Source: Octopus bimaculoides
Lineage: Eukaryota
Assembly: GCF_001194135.2 (NCBI RefSeq)
Contig: NC_068983.1
Span: 150,456,517-150,511,101 of the forward strand
Direction: 5' to 3'
Length of the DNA stretch: 54,585 bases
Below, piece after piece: positions 1 to 12,434 of the stretch (position 1 is its first letter; the number at the start of each line of letters is the position of its first letter). Both the position numbers and the translations under genes were made by a program. Under the pieces are notes generated by a model, which worked only from the letters and a program-made list of their open reading frames with translations, did no database searches and was not told where the DNA came from.

Positions 1-258
1 GTGTTCCCTGCCCAGAAAATCTTGTACCTGTGTTCTTTGCCTGTGAGGAACCTTGCAGAACCTCCTCTCCATCTTACTTCCTGGATGCAGCACATATCTA
101 CGCATCTCCGTTCAAGCATCTCAACAATTTCACCAGATCTACCTTTCAGCGTGCCGACGTTGAGAGTGCCAATCCTAACAGTATGGGTGTTGGGGGTGTG
201 GGCCTGTAGCCTGGGAAGGGGAAAAGGAGAAAAAAAGGGGAAAAGCAGTGTCGTGTAC
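1..258 (-). mobile_element. RTE-clade LINE, 5' part with N-terminus of the AP endonuclease; continues beyond window edge
   Basis: Minus strand reads without stops PRLQAHTPNTHTVRIGTLNVGTLKGRSGEIVEMLERRCVDMCCIQEVRWRGGSARFLTGKEHRYKIFWAGN. It has the GTLNV and CIQEVRW motifs of RTE APE domains. It is missing from the ORF track because no stop lies inside the window. Confidence 0.9.
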
Positions 259-444
259 CTGTAATTTCTTAGTGCTAGGTAGATAATTGTAGCATAGTGT
301 AAAGAAGTCATGAAAGAGTTTGGAATAGTGAAATTTTTATATTTCAAGAGGATGTATCTTCATATCTTACTCAAGCCACAATTTTCCCATCAAATTCTAA
401 TATTTACAAATAAAATGTATTTCTTTATCTTCTTTTCACAAGAC

Positions 445-520
445 CTGTTCCTTTTTCTCTGGCAATGCTTGCAAGGAGGAACATTTCCAAGAGCATCTGT
501 TACAGCAGCTGAGATCATAC
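445..520 (-). CDS. Coding exon of an unidentified host gene, (C)MISAAVTDALGNVPPCKHCQRKRN(R)
   Basis: Acceptor tgtgtcagttAG at 522-521 is phase-compatible with the 1654-1750 exon (T|GT=Cys), and codons are A/T-ending. The donor gtcttg at 444 is weak; alternatively the exon reads on to TGA at 392-390 as a terminal exon. Confidence 0.55.
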
Positions 521-1653
521 CTAACTGACACAAGACTTCAATACATTTTCTAGCACTGCACTAAAATGTTGTACACTTTAAATAATATTTCTACAGAACT
601 GTAGGTTTTAATTTGTCATAATTTATGGACAACAAACTACTATTAGAACAGTTGTGGTAGTAACTACTATATTGACATTAGTGAGATGTCAGTAGTCTTT
701 GTCCCATAAAGGTTGACACATTGATGACAAACACTACAGAAAGATTAGATAAATGTCTTAACAACAGTACAGCTATCGTGTAGCTCAATGATGAAATAGC
801 TCTACAGTTAACCCTACTATAGTATTAGGATCAACTCTCAGTTGTCTTACTATGCTTGTCATTAGGCTATTGGAAGTAAAGCCACTGCTATAAATGAAGC
901 TATTGTATGAACCAATGAGAAGAGGTTGTAAGTGGTTGCTTGATCTGTTTGAAATAGCAGCCAAGTCTCCATTAAATAATTCCTTATAGATGATGACACT
1001 ATAATATCATTACTTGAATATTATAGTATTGGTGCATTGTTTGTGTTGCTTTGCAGTAGGTCACAAAAGATCATGGGAATACTGTTATGACTGATTACAG
1101 CAATGTTAGATTTAAAATTAAAATAAAACTAGACAGAAAAATACTTATTGATAGCACTACCATCCTATTTTGAATTCCACAAAAAGTAAATACATAAATA
1201 ACAATAAGAAAAGAATAACTAGAATAACTATTGGTAGGTTTATTCATAGTAAAATACAAATAAAAAAATATCAACACAGATATAGCACATGTGAAATAAA
1301 CCATGAAATTTATCGAAAGTTAACCAATGAACAATTTTAAATATAACATTAACGATCTTCATCAGTTGTAACATTATTCTCATGCCACTACTACAATTTC
1401 ATTTAGATTATTTAGATAATAGAATCAAGATATCTTGAAATGCCAATGGACTTAGGAACATTATTGTTCAAAACTAAACAAAGAATCCATGAGGAAATAT
1501 GAAAATTTGTTAATATAAATAAAGGAAATAAACATGAAAAATGGTTGTGTCTTCAATACAACATGCCTAAAAGAGAAACTGCTTCTTATTGCCATTGATA
1601 CAACAGTAACTGAAAAGGTACAAGACTGTAAAAGAAAAAAAGGGCCAACTCAC

Positions 1654-1750
1654 ATTTGCGTCCGGTGCCCCAGATCACCCAGTGTTGACTTTCGGCCATT
1701 GTTAATATGGCTGAAGTCAAGCCGTAGTTTCTGGCGTTTTTCTCCCGGAG
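1654..1750 (-). CDS. Coding exon of an unidentified host gene, LREKNARNYGLTSAILTMAESQHWVIWGTGRK
   Basis: Strong acceptor tttgtctttttcAG and consensus donor GTGAGT around a 97-nt open frame. CpGs are retained in otherwise CpG-poor DNA. Confidence 0.7.
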
Positions 1751-2485
1751 CTGAAAAAGACAAAAATATTGGTAAATCTCTAATTCCTCTGTCTGTTATA
1801 TTAAATTATCTAATGATTGAATTGACAATCTATTTAATTACCCATTCATAAGTTCACATAAGTATCTGTCAATTTATCTATTACTGATAAAACTCAATGT
1901 GTGTTGGTACTGAAACCCCCCAATATATCTTGATTGGCATTAGGAAGGGCATCCAACTGTAGAGACCATGCCTAAAATGATACTGGAGTTGACTAAAGAA
2001 AAAAATGTACAACCCATCAGTCTCATGATGCTCAAATGAAAATTTTTATGAGGTATTTCAAAGGATGATGAAGGGATTTCAACTCAGCTCCACAAATTAA
2101 TCAACAGATAAGCAATCACTTTCTTCTACTGTATCTTCTCATGGCACCTTTTTGTGTCCACATAGACTGGGACACTGAGAGTTAGCTAAAGGGTCTTTGC
2201 TAGAGAGATCGTGTAAACTAGATAAGATACAGTTTCCTGAATATTCAACTGGTAGGGCTGCTGAAATGTCTATCTCATGGTCTACATCTAACAGATACTC
2301 AGCTATAGTCAAGGCTGACAGAAGCATTCAACTACAGCTCTGCCTCCATTAACATAGACACACACACATATACAAATAAATACATGTTTCCAGAAAGGAG
2401 ACACAAACATTGACACACAAATGGAGTCGTGTATAGACAGTCACACATGACTTCATACATACTTGCATGTATATGCAAAACCTAC

Positions 2486-2539
2486 TTTTTGTTTTCTAGA
2501 ACGATCAATATTACACAGTTCAATGTATAGCAATGATGG
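2486..2539 (-). CDS. Possible upstream phase-0 exon, PSLLYIELCNIDRSRKQK
   Basis: Good donor GTAGGT, 54 nt, and joins in frame to LREKNARN. The acceptor (tttagttcAG) is weak, so this could be chance. Confidence 0.2.
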
Positions 2540-3489
2540 CTGAACTAAACTCTCTCATCTAGGTTTAACTGATCTGAGCAGATCTGATGTACTTCCTTGT
2601 TCCTGAGGCAGCCCAGAACTGGTTCTTACATGAAACAAAGCAGTGAGCAAGCACAAACAGAAAACCAACAAGCAATCAATCAAATGAATCACTAATCAAT
2701 ACAAGCAACAAACTTATCAAGAATAGAGAGTTGCTGTCTTGTGGACTAAACTGTATCACAGTTATTATTTAGTCTTATCCATCTCTCATATTCAATTCCT
2801 TCGTTTGGTCTTTCATCAGAGTCTCAACAAACTAAGATAATGAGTTACACTGGAGATGATTTAATTTACAGTGTATATTTTCTTCTGATAATATTGGTCT
2901 TGTGACTAGTCATAGGGAAATAAGAGTTCTGAAGTGGCAGAAATGTAGAGCACTGGAGTAATGCAGTGAGTCATTTAGTTTATAATCATGTTCCAATCCT
3001 ACTACAGCTGACTTGGCTTTTCATTTCCCTAAGGTTTAATAAAATAAGCATTAGTCATGTATTGGAGTCAATCAAATAGATTACACACTTTTCACATAAT
3101 GTGTGGCCATGTGTAGTAGTAGTAGTAGTAGTGAGATTGAAAAGTACCAAATGAAATATATTATAGTATTTAGTTTGTCCCTCCTAGTCCATAGTTTAAA
3201 CATTACTGAGGTTGACTTTTTTGCTTGCTTCATTCAAGGGACAAAAATAAGTACCAGTAATATCTAGGGGTAAATTTGATCGAACATATTCCTAATAATG
3301 TGTGATTTTGTATAAGTTTGAGAAATAAACAATTTTAATTTTATGGGTTGTTTTTCTAGTTTAGAGTCAGACAAACCCTGATTTACCAGACTTATGTTCA
3401 AAGACATTTTGACTAAGAGTTCATGATCTAATATGTATCTATTTAAAGCATACTGGAATGGTTTGACAGAAATTTGGTTCTGTTCCTAG

Positions 3490-3774
3490 CAGGGCAGAGA
3501 AGTTGAAACAAAAAACTTCAACTCCGACTCCTCTACTATTGGCACCTCTGACTCCTCTACTATTGGCACCTCTGACTCCAACTCCTCTTTATGTAATTGA
3601 CTGTGGGTGGTCTACATATCTCATATAGCATATGCATGTACTCTGAGTAGGCCTATATGTTATAACTGGTTTACATTAAAGAATAAAGATATTGTGAGTT
3701 GGAGTCGGTATAGTCTTACCAACTCTGATGCCATCTACCCCTTAATTGTTTCTGACTCCGACTACACAGCCCTG
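3490..3774. mobile_element. hAT-type MITE (CAGGGC...GCCCTG)
   Basis: CAGGGC/GCCCTG termini, 8-bp TSD gttcctag/gttcctac (7/8), ctccgactcc subterminal motifs and an internal short tandem duplication at about 3519-3570. Confidence 0.7.
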
Positions 3775-4149
3775 GTTCCTACAGGCTTTCCTCACATTAT
3801 TCTAATTGATAGAGGCTGTTAGAAATAGTAGACTACCAAACTAAATATACTAATCATTCTATCTGCTTCCGAGTTTAAATACTGATGGAGTTGAATATGC
3901 CTTATTCAGCAGTTTGATATAAAACAAGAACCATAATACCATAAGGGAGATTTAATCAATTATATATCACCCCTACAAATACTGGCAATGCGCCTAACAA
4001 AGAAATCAATATAAGCAATTATATATTTACATGACTAACTACTTTGACAAAAGCAGCTGTAACTTAAATATGTCTATCATAACTGATACAAAGTAAGATC
4101 AATACAAGGGCAAGTTGAGACTAAGGGAAGGCAGGACTGAGAGAAGGTA

Positions 4150-6125
4150 AGACCTAGATAACGTGAGACCGACACAAAGTGAGACTAAGAGCAGGTGATA
4201 CAGACACAAAGTGAGACCCACACAAAGTGAGACCCGGAGAAGGTGAGACTGACACAAAGTGAGACCCAGAGAAGGTAAGGCAGACACAAAGTGAGACCCA
4301 GAGAAGGTGATACAGACACAAAGTGAGACCCAGAGGAGGTGAGACTGACACAAAGTGAGACCCAGAGAAGGTAAGGCAGACACAAAGTGAGACCCAGAGA
4401 AGGTGAGACTGACACAAAGTGATACCCAGAGAAGGTGAGACTGACACAAAGTGAGACCCAGAGAAGGTGATACTGACACAAAGTGAGACCAAGAGAAGGT
4501 GAGACTGACACAAAGTGAGACCCGGAGAAGGTGAGGCAGACACAAAGTGAGACCCAGAGAAGGTGAGACTGACACAAAGTGAGACCCAGAGAAGGTAAGG
4601 CAGACAAAGTGAGACCCAGAGAAGGTAAGGCAGACACAAAGTGAGACCCAGAGAAGGTGATACAGACACAAAGTGAGACCCAGAGAAGGTGAGACTGACA
4701 CAAAGTGAGACCCAGAGAAGGTGAGGCAGACACAAAGTGAGACCCAGAGAAGGTAAGGCAGACACAAAGTGAGACCCAGAGAAGGTAAGGCAGACACAAA
4801 GTGAGACCCAATGAAGGTAAGGCAGACACAAAGTGAGACCCAGAGAAGGTAAGGCAGACACAAAGTGAGACCCAGAGAGGGTAAAGCAGACACAAAGTGA
4901 GACCCAGAGAAGGTAAGGCAGACACAAAGTGAGACCCAAAGAAGGTAAGGCAGACACAAAGTGAGACCCAAAGAAGGTAAGGCAGACACAAAGTGAGACC
5001 CAGAGAAGGTAAGGCAGACACAAAGTGAGACCCAGAGAAGGTAAGGCAGACACAAAGTGAGACCCAGAGAAGANNNNNNNNNNNNNNNNNNNNNNNNNNN
5101 NNNNNNNNNNNNNNNNNNNNNNNNNNNNNNNNNNNNNNNNNNNNNNNNNNNNNNNNNNNNNNNNNNNNNNNNNNNNNNNNNNNNNNNNNNNNNNNNNNNN
5201 NNNNNNNNNNNNNNNNNNNNNNNNNNNNNNNNNNNNNNNNNNNNNNNNNNNNNNNNNNNNNNNNNNNNNNNNNNNNNNNNNNNNNNNNNNNNNNNNNNNN
5301 NNNNNNNNNNNNNNNNNNNNNNNNNNNNNNNNNNNNNNNNNNNNNNNNNNNNNNNNNNNNNNNNNNNNNNNNNNNNNNNNNNNNNNNNNNNNNNNNNNNN
5401 NNNNNNNNNNNNNNNNNNNNNNNNNNNNNNNNNNNNNNNNNNNNNNNNNNNNNNNNNNNNNNNNNNNNNNNNNNNNNNNNNNNNNNNNNNNNNNNNNNNN
5501 NNNNNNNNNNNNNNNNNNNNNNNNNNNNNNNNNNNNNNNNNNNNNNNNNNNNNNNNNNNNNNNNNNNNNNNNNNNNNNNNNNNNNNNNNNNNNNNNNNNN
5601 NNNNNNNNNNNNNNNNNNNNNNNNNNNNNNNNNNNNNNNNNNNNNNNNNNNNNNNNNNNNNNNNNNNNNNNNNNNNNNNNNNNNNNNNNNNNNNNNNNNN
5701 NNNNNNNNNNNNNNNNNNNNNNNNNNNNNNNNNNNNNNNNNNNNNNNNNNNNNNNNNNNNNNNNNNNNNNNNNNNNNNNNNNNNNNNNNNNNNNNNNNNN
5801 NNNNNNNNNNNNNNNNNNNNNNNNNNNNNNNNNNNNNNNNNNNNNNNNNNNNNNNNNNNNNNNNNNNNNNNNNNNNNNNNNNNNNNNNNNNNNNNNNNNN
5901 NNNNNNNNNNNNNNNNNNNNNNNNNNNNNNNNNNNNNAGCAGACACAAAGTGAGACCCAGAGAAGGTAAGGCAGACACAAAGTGAGACCCAAAGAAGGTA
6001 AGGCAGACACAAAGTGAGACCCAAAGAAGGTAAGGCAGACACAAAGTGAGACCCAGAGAAGGTAAGGCAGACACAAAGTGAGACCCAGAGAAGGTAAGGC
6101 AGACACAAAGTGAGACCCAGAGAAG
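4150..6125. repeat. 32-bp minisatellite (aagtgagacccagagaaggtaaggcagacaca)n interrupted by gap 5074-5937
   Basis: Units are directly visible, divergent at the left edge and more homogeneous near the gap. It generates the false 667-709 aa ORFs. Confidence 0.97.
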
Positions 6126-7039
6126 ATTAAACTGAGACCAAGATAAAATGAAAGTAAGACTGAGATATTGAAGACTAAGAGGAAACAAGACTGAAATAGA
6201 GACCAGAAGTAGGCGAGGTTGATAGATGGTACATTTGAAGAAATATAAGTGTAAGAAAGAGAAAATGCAATGTAATCATGCATGAAAAAAGGAAGGTAAT
6301 GTTTACTCCAAATGTTGCATAAAATAAATAGGTATTACACTTCCCAACTCCTATTCTCATCTATAGAAATAGTAAAATAGTAGTGTATGTGAAATTGTAT
6401 CAATGAAAGATCTAAAATAGGTCACTGTCACTATGTTAGGAACTTGACACTTCTAGTACTCAGAATAATAATAATTTATTTGCTACAAATCCAAAAATTA
6501 TTCAAATACATTGGTAAAGACAAATGTTTGGGTTATGCTAATGTATATGAATATAAAAAACACATTGGACAAGACACAGATCAACTTTTTGCAAGAAAGT
6601 TGTTAAGCTAGATTATGGATAAACCCAGTACATTACTGTCTCTGAAAAAAGGAAAGCCAAAGCTAATCTTAATAATAAAATACTCAAAAGACAAATTGGA
6701 AAAGAACAGCAAAAACAAGCTGAGCAGTAGAAAGGCTACTAGCAAGCAGCTTAATAACACAAACGATTGATATACAAAATATACATATCATAAATAAGTG
6801 GTTATTGATTTCCTTTTTTAGGCAGGTATTATGTGGAGGAAAGAGGTAATGAGATAATGAGAGGGATGAGGAAGAGAGCAAGATAAAGTCTGTTAGTTTA
6901 TTGCACTTGATAACACCATCAATAAGTATAAATGAGTACAAATAGCATCAGCTAATAATGAGAAAAAAACTGGAGAATTGGTGGAGGGTGATTTTGTTAA
7001 GCTACAGGTCAGTCCTGACAGAACAGATCGATGATGAAT

Positions 7040-7326
7040 GGCCTTCCAACTATGAACATCCCATCCTTTTCCTATATGCAGGAATCTCAGGACCCAGGTA
7101 TCTTGGGCAAGTGTCTTCTATACTATAGCCCAACCGAAGCCTAGTGGATCTGGTAGATGAAAACTGAAAAAAGCTTGTCACGTGTATGTGTGTGTGTGTG
7201 TGTGTGTGTTTGTCTTCTACTTGGCAACCAGTGTAGGTTTGTTTATGTCTATGTAATGTTTCAGTATGGCTGCAGTCCAATGAACTGAAACAAGTAGAAA
7301 AGAAAAAAAAAAAAAAAAAAAAAAAA
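7040..7326 (+). mobile_element. CORE-like tRNA-derived SINE, partial, with poly(A)
   Basis: cttgggcaagtgtcttctatactatagcc core matching the full copy at 46065-46462, ending in an A-run. Confidence 0.7.
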
Positions 7327-7453
7327 AGATAATGTCAAGCAACAACATAGAAGCTCACTTTAGAATTACTCAAATGAAGAATGGATTAAAATCTGATTTG
7401 ATAAATGTAACGGTTAACATGGAAACAAAATTAGTTGAAGAATTCAATAGAAG

Positions 7454-7630
7454 TCATCATCATCATCATCATCATCATCGTTTAATGTCCGCTTTCCATG
7501 CTAGCATGGGTTGGACGATTTGACTGAGGACTGGTGAAACCATGGCTACACCAGGCTCCAATCTGATTTGGCAGAGTTTCTACAGCTGGATGCCCTTCGT
7601 AATGCCAACCACTCAGAGAGTGAAGTGGGT
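7454..7630 (-). mobile_element. 5'-truncated RTE 3' tail (ends gttaaacgatgatgat)
   Basis: Matches the tail contiguous with RTE coding sequence at 18160-18320. Similar copies lie at about 11478, 11965, 12195, 18540, 25155, 26817, 27005, 29705, 33940, 49511 and 52360. Confidence 0.8.
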
Positions 7631-8453
7631 GCTTGGAAGTGTATATTAGTGTCAACAGGTCACGTAAATCTATCTGTGTGTTTATTATAGAAATGGGTGT
7701 GTATGAGTGATTGCGATTAGTTATGCTGCATGTGAAGATGTATGCACATGTAAAGATGTGTGCAAGTGAATGTAAATGGTTAAGTTGTGTGTAAATTTGT
7801 GCCTGTCAGAATGAGTGACTGCAAATGAATGATAGCTAGCTAGAACTAATTTCAAATCCTTTCCTCCCAATTAGTGGCTTAGGTACCAAATAGAAAGCAA
7901 TCATTGTGTAACAGGAAAAAGAAAGAGAGAATGAAAAAAAAAAGCAAGTAAAATAAGCAAACACAAGAATTCACCCCAGACTGAGTGAGAGAAGAGATTC
8001 CCTATGTGGTCACATGACCAGCTAGAAATAACAGCTAAACTTCCCTTAAATATATCCTACTGTCTTGAAGTAACAAGGTATACATTGGATAATGTAGTCC
8101 GAGATATACAATGTTTAACATTGTATATCTTGGAGGACTTGGTGATCATTGCTGGAATATCTTTGATCGCAGATCTGCTCAGTAGGTTGGCCTGGGTCTA
8201 AACAACAACTCCCGACTGAATACTGAAATAGATCCATTATACTAACTACAGAGTCAGAGGTTAACTGCATACTAGACACTATCAATGTCAGAGTACATAG
8301 CTGTGCTTGCTTGCAGTTTGTCTGAGAATGGCTGATGAAAAACAGGCCTCCTACTAAACCTCTTTTGTGGTTAGGTGAAAAGTAGAAAAGATAATTGTTC
8401 TGATAAAACAATCCATCATACCAATAACATCATTAAATTATGGGTGTAAAAAT

Positions 8454-9340
8454 GAAGAATATATCATCATTACTGTTTTACACCCACTTTTCCATAGGTT
8501 GGAAAGGTTTTCTGAAGCAGTCTTTTATGGCTGGATATTTAGTCCACTGCAGGAGAAAGGCTCCAGCCTGTTCTCTCCACCAACCATGGTCTGATGTGGA
8601 GGCTGTGAATTTGAGCTTGAGATCATACTGGTTTGACAAGCCTACTCTGCCACACTGGCTTGACATGGCTCAGCAGAGGGGTGCAGTTTTTTATACTCTT
8701 ACCCAAAAGAATATATCATCATTACTGTTTTACACCCACTTTTCCATAGGTTGGAAAGGTTNNNNNNNNNNNNNNNNNNNNNNNNNNNNNNNNNNNNNNN
8801 NNNNNNNNNNNNNNNGAAGAATATATCATCATTACTGTTTTACACCCACTTTTCCATAGGTTGGAAAGGTTTTCTGAAGCAGTCTTTCATGGCTGGATGT
8901 CTTTCAGGTTGTCAACCCTTTAGTATTCTGATTACTTTCTCAGGTCTAATGCTTATTTAATTCATGTTGATTTAAATAACTCATGCGGAATCTTGTAGCT
9001 TTGAAAGTTTGATGATGTTATTGTTTATTTTTAGCATGGTGTTGTAGGATAAGTGTAAGAGGCTGGATCCAGTCAGTTTGAATATAAAACAGGTAGAATA
9101 TTTTGGGCTGGATATGGCTGGTTTAAATACTAAAGGGTTAGACCACAACTTTGGATTGAATTGCCTATGTTTAGTCCACTGCAGGAGAAAGGCCCCAGCC
9201 TGTTCTCTCCACCAACCATGGTCTGATGTGGAGGCTGTGAATTTGAGCTTGAGATCACACTGGTTTGACAAGCCTACTCTGCCACACTGGCTTGACATGG
9301 CTCAGCAGAGGGGTGCAGTTTTTTATACTCTTACCCAAAA
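8454..9340. repeat. Local duplication A-C-A'-gap-A-B-C, probably two haplotypes assembled in tandem
   Basis: 8538-8708 matches 9170-9340 with 2 substitutions, and the segment from 8454 matches the segment from 8816. About 270 bp (B) is absent from the left copy. A 54-N gap lies between. Confidence 0.8.
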
Positions 9341-9798
9341 GTAACCTCTTATGACAAAGTCACTGTATGTGCTTGTCAGGATACAGTGTAACTATTTTGA
9401 AATCAAGACATACAATAACGATGGGAGAGTACATAAAATATTATACACAAATGCCATAAACATGGCCACAGCCTTTGGATTGGAACACAAAGAAATACTG
9501 GAAATTCATGGACTCTTCATTTATTTTCCCTTCTATTTCTTTCTCACTTCTTTCACTCTGATTCTCTTCTCACACTCCCTCTTCCATCCACACAATTGTG
9601 TAGAAAGAAAGGAACAATACAAGAAATAAGACAATCTGTCATCCTACTGGTAATAAGACAAAATCTTTAGTGCCAGTGCCATGATAAAATGCTCTGAGAA
9701 CAAACTATGAAGTGATTGGTGATTTGAAAGGCATCCAGCAACAGAGTTTATGCCAAAAATGGTAAGCATGAATAAGACATGGTCTACAACCCATATGT

Positions 9799-10170
9799 GG
9801 AGGCGCAATGATCCAGTGGTTAGGGCAGCGGACTCGCGGTTATAGGATCGCGGTTTCGATTCCCAGACCGGGCGTTGTAAGTGTTTATTGAGCGAAAACA
9901 CCTAAAGCTCCACGAGGCTCCGGCAAGGGATGGTGGCGAACCCTGCGGTACTCTTCCACCACAACTTTCTCTCACTCTTACTTCCTGTTTCTGTTGTACC
10001 TGTAATTCAAAGGGCCAGCCTTGCCACACTGTGTCACGCTGAATATCCCCGAGAACTACGTTAAGGGTACACGTGTCTGTGGAGTGCTCAGCCACTTGCA
10101 CGTTAATTTCACAAGCAGGCTGTTCCGTTGGTCGGATCAACTGGAACCCTCGACGTCGTAAGCGACGGAG
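9799..10170 (+). mobile_element. Young tRNA-derived SINE
   Basis: tRNA-like head with A-box (tgatccagtgg) and B-box (ggtttcgattccc), no CCA/terminator, many intact CpGs. The 3' half is shared with 36940-37235. Confidence 0.85.
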
Positions 10171-11109
10171 GGCCATAACTCTGAATGAAAACTGACACAG
10201 TCCGTTAGAATCCATATCCATCTGGAAAGGCAGATATAAAATGATGGGTGACTTTCAATGCAGCTTGCAGATCCATGTTGCATTAGTATGTCCCATTTTT
10301 TTTTGGGGTGGGTGGGTATAGTTTCTGTAGCTGTATGCTTTCAGCCTTGATGGATCAAAATTCAGATATGTGACTAAAGAAAGGATTTGTGGAATTATCA
10401 AAATTCCAACCAGCTCTACATTATATTAAGAGCTTTGTCAGATTTGGTGTAATGGACTCTTCTGAGTTGACAATGTATGAGTGATTAGATACAACACTAG
10501 ATCACTGTTTTCACATGATTTGGTAATGTCATCAATAAAATGGTAAAATGTCCACATTCTTATGTTTGTCAAACACATTTTACCCAAAATATCTTCAACA
10601 CAGCAAAGGTATATAAATATTTATTTTGTATTTTATAAAGGTATTTATCATACATAATTACAAACTTCTATTATATAGATTACAGTAACTACAAGCCATC
10701 TGAAGAGCCTCTTTTGTGGTCACTTGATTTGCTACCAATAACAGCCAATCTTAAAGTCTAAAAAAAAAAAAATACACACTGGAGTGGTCAGTGGAATGTC
10801 TTTGATTATAGGTCTGTTTGAGTAGAACTGGCATAAGAATAAACAATAAACTTTGTATCAATAATTAATTATCACTTTACATAACACTGACCAAATTCCT
10901 CCATTCTCAAAGACATTTTTTAAATATACATTACGTCAGCACAAATAACAAAAAAAAAAAAAAACTACCAGAAAAAGAATTTACTATCTACTGTAAAGAT
11001 GATTGGCAGTTGTGGCTGGCATATATATGCATGCACAGTTGAGTATGTGAGCATATGCGTATATATATGTGTGTGCTTCTGTATGCATATATGTAAAAAA
11101 AAAAAAAAA

Positions 11110-11149
<40 letters not shown>

Positions 11150-11746
11150 ACTGTCAAGTTTCAGAAATTGATAAGTTGGATGGCTGTAACTTAATATTAC
11201 AATTTTGATCTTGCATTTCTCCTGTCCTGATACAAGCAGCAATTAACAAGAATAAGAAAAAGAAGGAAATCAATAAGGTCCGTGTGATAAACATGCAATG
11301 TAAGCAAGCTGGTTAATTAACTTTTATTTTGAATTTTTATTTACTGAGAATTTTGATGGACAGGATAGGAACAGGAACATGATCAGCATTTGCTATACCT
11401 AATGGTAAATAGAACATACGATTTAGCAAGGCTCCATAATACATATTATACATGGATGATAGGCTATAGCTAGAAAATCATCATCGCCATTTAATGTCCG
11501 CTTTCCATGCTAGCATGGGTTGGACAAATTGACTGGGGACTGGCAAACCAGATGGTTACACCAGACTCCAATCTGATCTAGCTAGAAAATGACTATATAT
11601 ATACATAATACAACCTGTTATAGTATGAGTAACTATAAAGATATAGTAGTAAATTTTAAACCCCATTTGTGTTATTCTTTTCATACTTATGTGACACCAA
11701 GAGCCAATACTGAGTTGGATCTAGGTTTATAATAATGAGCTTGGTA

Positions 11747-11796
<50 letters not shown>

Positions 11797-12146
11797 TTCC
11801 AAATCCAATATAAACCTGCAGTACACTACCAGCACATGACACCTAATGGTTGCTTTTAACTCATAGTGAACTCAATGTTATAGTACCAAGCCGATTCTGG
11901 CATCCTACATGGTGGTGCGTCTAGATTCTAATGAATTCTTAACTAATCTACAAAACCTCGCCACAACTAACTCTGCCTGTGCTAGTGCCATGTAAAAAGC
12001 ATTGAGTCCACTCTGTGGAGTGGTTGGTGTTAGGAAGGGCATCCAGCTGTAAAATCCCTGTCAAAACAGATACAGTATACTTGGGTAGATTTTCTATCTG
12101 GCCGGCTCCTGTCAACCATCCTACCCATGCATGCATGATGATGATG

Positions 12147-12193
<47 letters not shown>

Positions 12194-12375
12194 GTCATCA
12201 TTGTTTAACATTTGCCTTCCATGCTGGCATGGGTGGGACAATATATATATGTATACACACACACACACATACATATGTAAGTATGTAGGGTGTGTGTGTA
12301 TGTGTGTATAATAGCTAGTTGTAGAGTGTGTAATATACCTGGATGTAATAATGTAATTTAGCTAGCTATAATGAG

Positions 12376-12434
<59 letters not shown>

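Noticed and set aside
2139-2327. 62-aa minus ORF (AEYLLDVDHEIDISAALP...) as an exon of the host gene
   Set aside because: Only a poor donor (gtgcca) and no recognisable homology. Not excluded, but unsupported.
4099-6283. 667-709 aa ORFs and a CRISPR-like regular repeat
   Set aside because: Stop-free minisatellite plus N-gap. Units are contiguous with no unique spacers, and the context is eukaryotic.
6560-6645. Strong minus-strand acceptor (ttccttttttcAG)
   Set aside because: All three frames stop within about 35 nt and there is no good donor.
9185-9340. Plus-strand exon-like frame RKAPACSLHQPWSDVEAV...
   Set aside because: Opposite strand to the supported gene, no homology and no partner exon.
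9799-9875. tRNA gene
   Set aside because: No acceptor-stem closure or poly-T terminator; it continues into a SINE body.
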